Part shown: positions 60,957-64,000 of the stretch, piece by piece
How the letters are laid out: the number at the start of each line of letters is the position of its first letter
Numbering within the stretch: position 1 is the stretch's first letter
From: a virus
Taxonomy: Duplodnaviria > Caudoviricetes
Length of the DNA stretch: 64,000 bases
IMG/VR virus record: IMGVR_UViG_3300008259_003948
Coordinates: 531 to 64,530 of that record
Direction: 5' to 3' (one strand)
Made by a program: the position numbers and the translations under genes
Notes under the pieces: generated by a model
Database searches by the model: none
The model's input: only the letters and a program-made list of their open reading frames with translations
What the model was told of the DNA's origin: nothing

Positions 60957-60984
60957 AAAAAATCCACGATTTTGGTCGTGGATT
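60957..60984 (-). terminator. Intrinsic terminator
   Basis: Minus-strand AATCCACGA-CCAAAA-TCGTGGATT followed by a T tract. Confidence 0.8.
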
Positions 60985-61004
60985 CTCCTTAATTATTTTT
61001 TATT

Positions 61005-61595
61005 TTATTTAACTTTTTTTATTTTGGTTACCTTACCCTCAAAAATATGTTGACCAACTCTAAATGTGAATACATCATTTGATTTGGTTACATTTTCGAC
61101 TAATAATCCATTTTCACTGAGTATTTCCATCATTGTTTCCTTAATCATTTCTTTTAGATCGGTGTTATTGTAAGTTGGTGATGGTAATACATTTGATTTT
61201 CTTTTTTCTTGTTCTTGATGAGGCGCATTTTCTTTCATCAATCTAGATGCCTTTTCTACTAATTCATCTGATAATACAGGACCTGCTGATTGTGCTGGTT
61301 GACTAATAGGATGTTCGATCATTAATTTTTTTATGCTATCAGGAAGTTTGGAGCTCATAATTCTTTCTTTTGGGTTTCCTCCTTTAGGTACAACAGGTTT
61401 GGATACTGTTGGTGAAGGAGAAAACTCTTCAGGAATATTATACTTACCTTGAACGGGTGCGAAGTCCTCAACCAATGGTTGTGTAGTTGTATGTTCACCA
61501 TATGAAGACTCACTAACTTGTCCTCTTGGCATTTCTTTATGTCGATCCATAATCTTTTTTGAGATCAACAATTTTTGCATTAAATCTTCTGTCAT
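61005..61595 (-). CDS. Hypothetical protein
   Basis: 196-aa ORF; SKLPDSIKKLMIEHPI motif. Confidence 0.7.
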   Translation of the reverse strand: MTEDLMQKLLISKKIMDRHKEMPRGQVSESSYGEHTTTQPLVEDFAPVQGKYNIPEEFSPSPTVSKPVVPKGGNPKERIMSSKLPDSIKKLMIEHPISQPAQSAGPVLSDELVEKASRLMKENAPHQEQEKRKSNVLPSPTYNNTDLKEMIKETMMEILSENGLLVENVTKSNDVFTFRVGQHIFEGKVTKIKKVK

Positions 61596-61596
61596 A

Positions 61597-61980
61597 TCAA
61601 TCGAAATTTGCTATTTGTATTATTTTGGTCATACTCTTGTCACCAGTTCTATTAAAGTCAGGTCTTATCGTGTCATATATTTCTCCCGTCGGTTTAAAGG
61701 AGAGAATTTTGTCAACTCTAAATAATCTCCATCCCGGTAAAGGTTGTTCACCCTTATAGGCAGTATGTGACGATCCCTCGGAATCCCATGCACGCAATAC
61801 TTGGTTATTCGCTTTACTATAACCTAAACAAACAGGTTCAATTTCTCTTAAACCACGACCACCTGGCTCATCACCATCGTAGTAGATAACCACCTTTTGT
61901 CTCTTTTTTATCGCGTCCATTATTGAATTTACCGAAGCTATTTCAACAATAAGAGATTTAAAAGAGTTGTAAAGTTTCAT
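61597..61980 (-). CDS. Stand-alone WYL-domain protein
   Basis: AI..R..V.IYY, R.IEP..LG, LRAW, WRLFRVDKI. Confidence 0.8.
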   Translation of the reverse strand: MKLYNSFKSLIVEIASVNSIMDAIKKRQKVVIYYDGDEPGGRGLREIEPVCLGYSKANNQVLRAWDSEGSSHTAYKGEQPLPGWRLFRVDKILSFKPTGEIYDTIRPDFNRTGDKSMTKIIQIANFD

Positions 61981-62276
61981 TACCTTGGCGCTTTATAAGG
62001 TTTTGCTGGTTGATATTCGTTGATCTTTATTTCATTTTTTCTTTCAGCAATATCAAGATTGTTACCCGCGTCTTGGTTATATACATCCAAATATTTACCA
62101 GTACCTTTACCCTTTTCATCACCATCTGACATAGCATCGGGAGATGTTGAGGAGTATTGTTTATTTATGAAATAGTCATTTCTAGCTGCCGCTTTTTTTC
62201 TTTCTATATCGGCTACTTTTGATAGGTCATCACCTTTAGGTTGTGATAAATCGATTTGATCTGAACTTGTTGCCAT
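61980..62276 (-). CDS. Hypothetical protein
   Basis: Coupled ORF. Confidence 0.65.
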   Translation of the reverse strand: MATSSDQIDLSQPKGDDLSKVADIERKKAAARNDYFINKQYSSTSPDAMSDGDEKGKGTGKYLDVYNQDAGNNLDIAERKNEIKINEYQPAKPYKAPR

Positions 62277-62277
62277 T

Positions 62278-62751
62278 TTATATTATTTTTTTCATTAATT
62301 GGTTTATTCTTTTCAAAGCTTCAGTAACAGCTGTGTCATATTTTTCAACTGAGGACTTGTGACTTTGAGTTGGTCTGTTTATATTGTTTAAATTGTTTTT
62401 TTCGTGTGGTTGTATAAATTGATTTGATAATCCTCCTTCTGATTTATTTTTTTTTGTTGTATAAACATTATTTCTTTCTGATTGTAAAACATTATTTACC
62501 CAATTCTTCATATAGTCTTCACCATTCAAGATATATTCATAAGTATTTTTATCACCATTATAATTATCAAACCAATTTTTAATTCTTTTAAGTTGTTGGT
62601 AAGTTATTGAATCTGAGTTTCTCAGTTGTTGATTTCTTTTATACCCTTCAGTTCTTTCAGAAGCTCCTGAAGCTCTACTGAAACACTTTTCCAAATGATT
62701 TCTCATTTTCTCATCTAAAGGAACTGACTTACCATATAAATCCTTATTCAT
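62278..62751 (-). CDS. Hypothetical protein
   Basis: Coupled ORF ending TEALKRINQLMKKII. Confidence 0.65.
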   Translation of the reverse strand: MNKDLYGKSVPLDEKMRNHLEKCFSRASGASERTEGYKRNQQLRNSDSITYQQLKRIKNWFDNYNGDKNTYEYILNGEDYMKNWVNNVLQSERNNVYTTKKNKSEGGLSNQFIQPHEKNNLNNINRPTQSHKSSVEKYDTAVTEALKRINQLMKKII

Positions 62752-63475
62752 TATTTTTCAAATAAGTAATTAATTGATTTATGGTAATACCTTCTTTATC
62801 TGCAATTTTCTTTATTGATTTTAAATTTTTTTCCAAAAATTTTGAAATGTTTTTTTCTTTAGATTTCGATTTTTCTTGTTCGGATTCTTTGTTTTTAACA
62901 ATCTCTTCTATCATTTCAATCATTTGTTGTCTTTGAGTTTCCATCAAAGTTAATCTATCAATAAATCCTTTCTGTTTTCTTATATTTTTTGGGGCTTTAA
63001 GTTTCCTTTTACCCATTGGGTCTTTTCCTTGTTGTAAAGTTCTTTCTCTGGCTTCGAATGGATCCAAGTTCATTTTCTCTTTAAAGAAATTGTAGGTTTC
63101 TTTACCATCCATAAACTTAGTTTCTTCATAACCAAAAGCGTCAGAATAATCTGTTTCATTAACTTTTGATTCTCCGTAATAAACCCTATATCCTCTTGTT
63201 ACAGGATCATTAGATATACGACCAGTAACGATAGACTGATCGGTTGTTCCTTTTGGAGAAACTCTTGGGTCTAGAATCGGAATTCTAGATGTTGACCAAG
63301 AACCATCACTATCAATTAATTCATTTGTATTCGACTTTTTAAATTCCAAAGAGGAATCATTTTTTCTTGCCTCTGATAGTGTGTTTGAATAGTTATAATA
63401 TAGAACAACTTTATCACCTTTATCTTTCAGAAAAAAGTAATAAGGATTCTCAAAATATTCTTTATTTGATATCAT
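62744..63475 (-). CDS. Hypothetical protein
   Basis: First gene of the minus-strand operon; TATTTAT at 63491. Confidence 0.7.
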   Translation of the reverse strand: MISNKEYFENPYYFFLKDKGDKVVLYYNYSNTLSEARKNDSSLEFKKSNTNELIDSDGSWSTSRIPILDPRVSPKGTTDQSIVTGRISNDPVTRGYRVYYGESKVNETDYSDAFGYEETKFMDGKETYNFFKEKMNLDPFEARERTLQQGKDPMGKRKLKAPKNIRKQKGFIDRLTLMETQRQQMIEMIEEIVKNKESEQEKSKSKEKNISKFLEKNLKSIKKIADKEGITINQLITYLKNNE

Positions 63476-63586
63476 ACTGCAGTTTTCTTTATAAATAGTC
63501 AGATAGTTTTAAATTGTTTTTTAATATAAAAGAAAAAACACATAATATCACTTAAAGATACTTATATATGAACCTATATATTTGAA

Positions 63587-64000
63587 ATGGCAAATAATTT
63601 ACGCACCATAAGTTATATAACATATCCTCTTACAAGTCAAACACAAAGTAATGAAAATGCTTATAGTAGGAAATATGTTGAAAATCCAATACCAGATCCT
63701 ATTAATAAGTTTAATTTTCAAAAATTTCCAGCTCAAAAATATACACCAAAATATGTCGATCAACCCTTTGTTGCACAACAAGGAGCAGGTGTAACTTTTA
63801 GTGATTTTGTAATAGGTGGTTTTCACGAAGTTTATTATGTATTCGACATTATGACATCTGCGTTTACTTTTAGTAATACTGGTGGTACAAAGTCGTCAAA
63901 TGACACTACATATGGAGGATTCACACCTAGAATTTCCCCTAATTTTTTGTATTTAGACTACCCAACAGGGGCAACAAATATTTTTGATTATGTAACAGGA
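63587..64000 (+). CDS. 5' part of a hypothetical protein running off the window
   Basis: ATG 63587 opens a frame with no stop over 138 codons (MANNLRTISYITYPL...). Confidence 0.65.
   Translation, partial: MANNLRTISYITYPLTSQTQSNENAYSRKYVENPIPDPINKFNFQKFPAQKYTPKYVDQPFVAQQGAGVTFSDFVIGGFHEVYYVFDIMTSAFTFSNTGGTKSSNDTTYGGFTPRISPNFLYLDYPTGATNIFDYVTG

Noticed and set aside
63310-63345. Possible further in-frame deletion in the 62744 gene
   Set aside because: The frame is intact, and this cannot be judged without a homologue alignment.
1-64000. Stop-codon reassignment (alternative genetic code)
   Set aside because: Core genes are intact in the standard code, and TAG/TGA terminate genes at sensible positions.

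Overview
This is a 64 kb segment of an AT-rich, T4-like huge/jumbo phage genome in standard genetic code. It most likely belongs to the freshwater bS21-encoding group that infects Bacteroidota: it has TAnnTTTG/TTTG host promoters, SD-less A-rich starts, a tmRNA tag starting GET, and rpsU lying antisense inside the head module. Layout: tail fibre/spike genes with Gly-X-Ser repeats (1-9.9 kb); a holin-like gene, DnaJ-type zinc finger, tmRNA, peptidases, a damaged Clp ATPase and KTSC (10-18 kb); a nucleotidyltransferase-M23 fusion; the head module with terminase, portal, bS21, protease, scaffold and major capsid (24-33.6 kb); baseplate-like genes and a gp55-like sigma factor (37-43.5 kb); and a large glycan-synthesis region with GDP-fucose enzymes, GT2/GT4/GT10/GT11/GT25, a sulfotransferase and methyltransferases, interleaved with endolysin, PhoH, dUTPase and an exonuclease (43.5-61 kb). 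Most notable observations: (1) a one-piece tmRNA with alphaproteobacterial-type signatures and a long non-canonical tag, next to a phage Clp ATPase and peptidases; (2) a shared E-terminated amphipathic leader/linker on many unrelated proteins, a putative capsid-targeting and head-protease code; (3) a TATTTAT motif just upstream of about 18 genes; (4) a complete fucosylation/sulfation pathway with Ser-rich collagen-like candidate acceptors; (5) a structured candidate ncRNA behind the capsid gene. Several apparent local deletions (clp, around the protease gene) may be assembly artefacts. All family assignments come from motif recognition by eye; no database searches were run.
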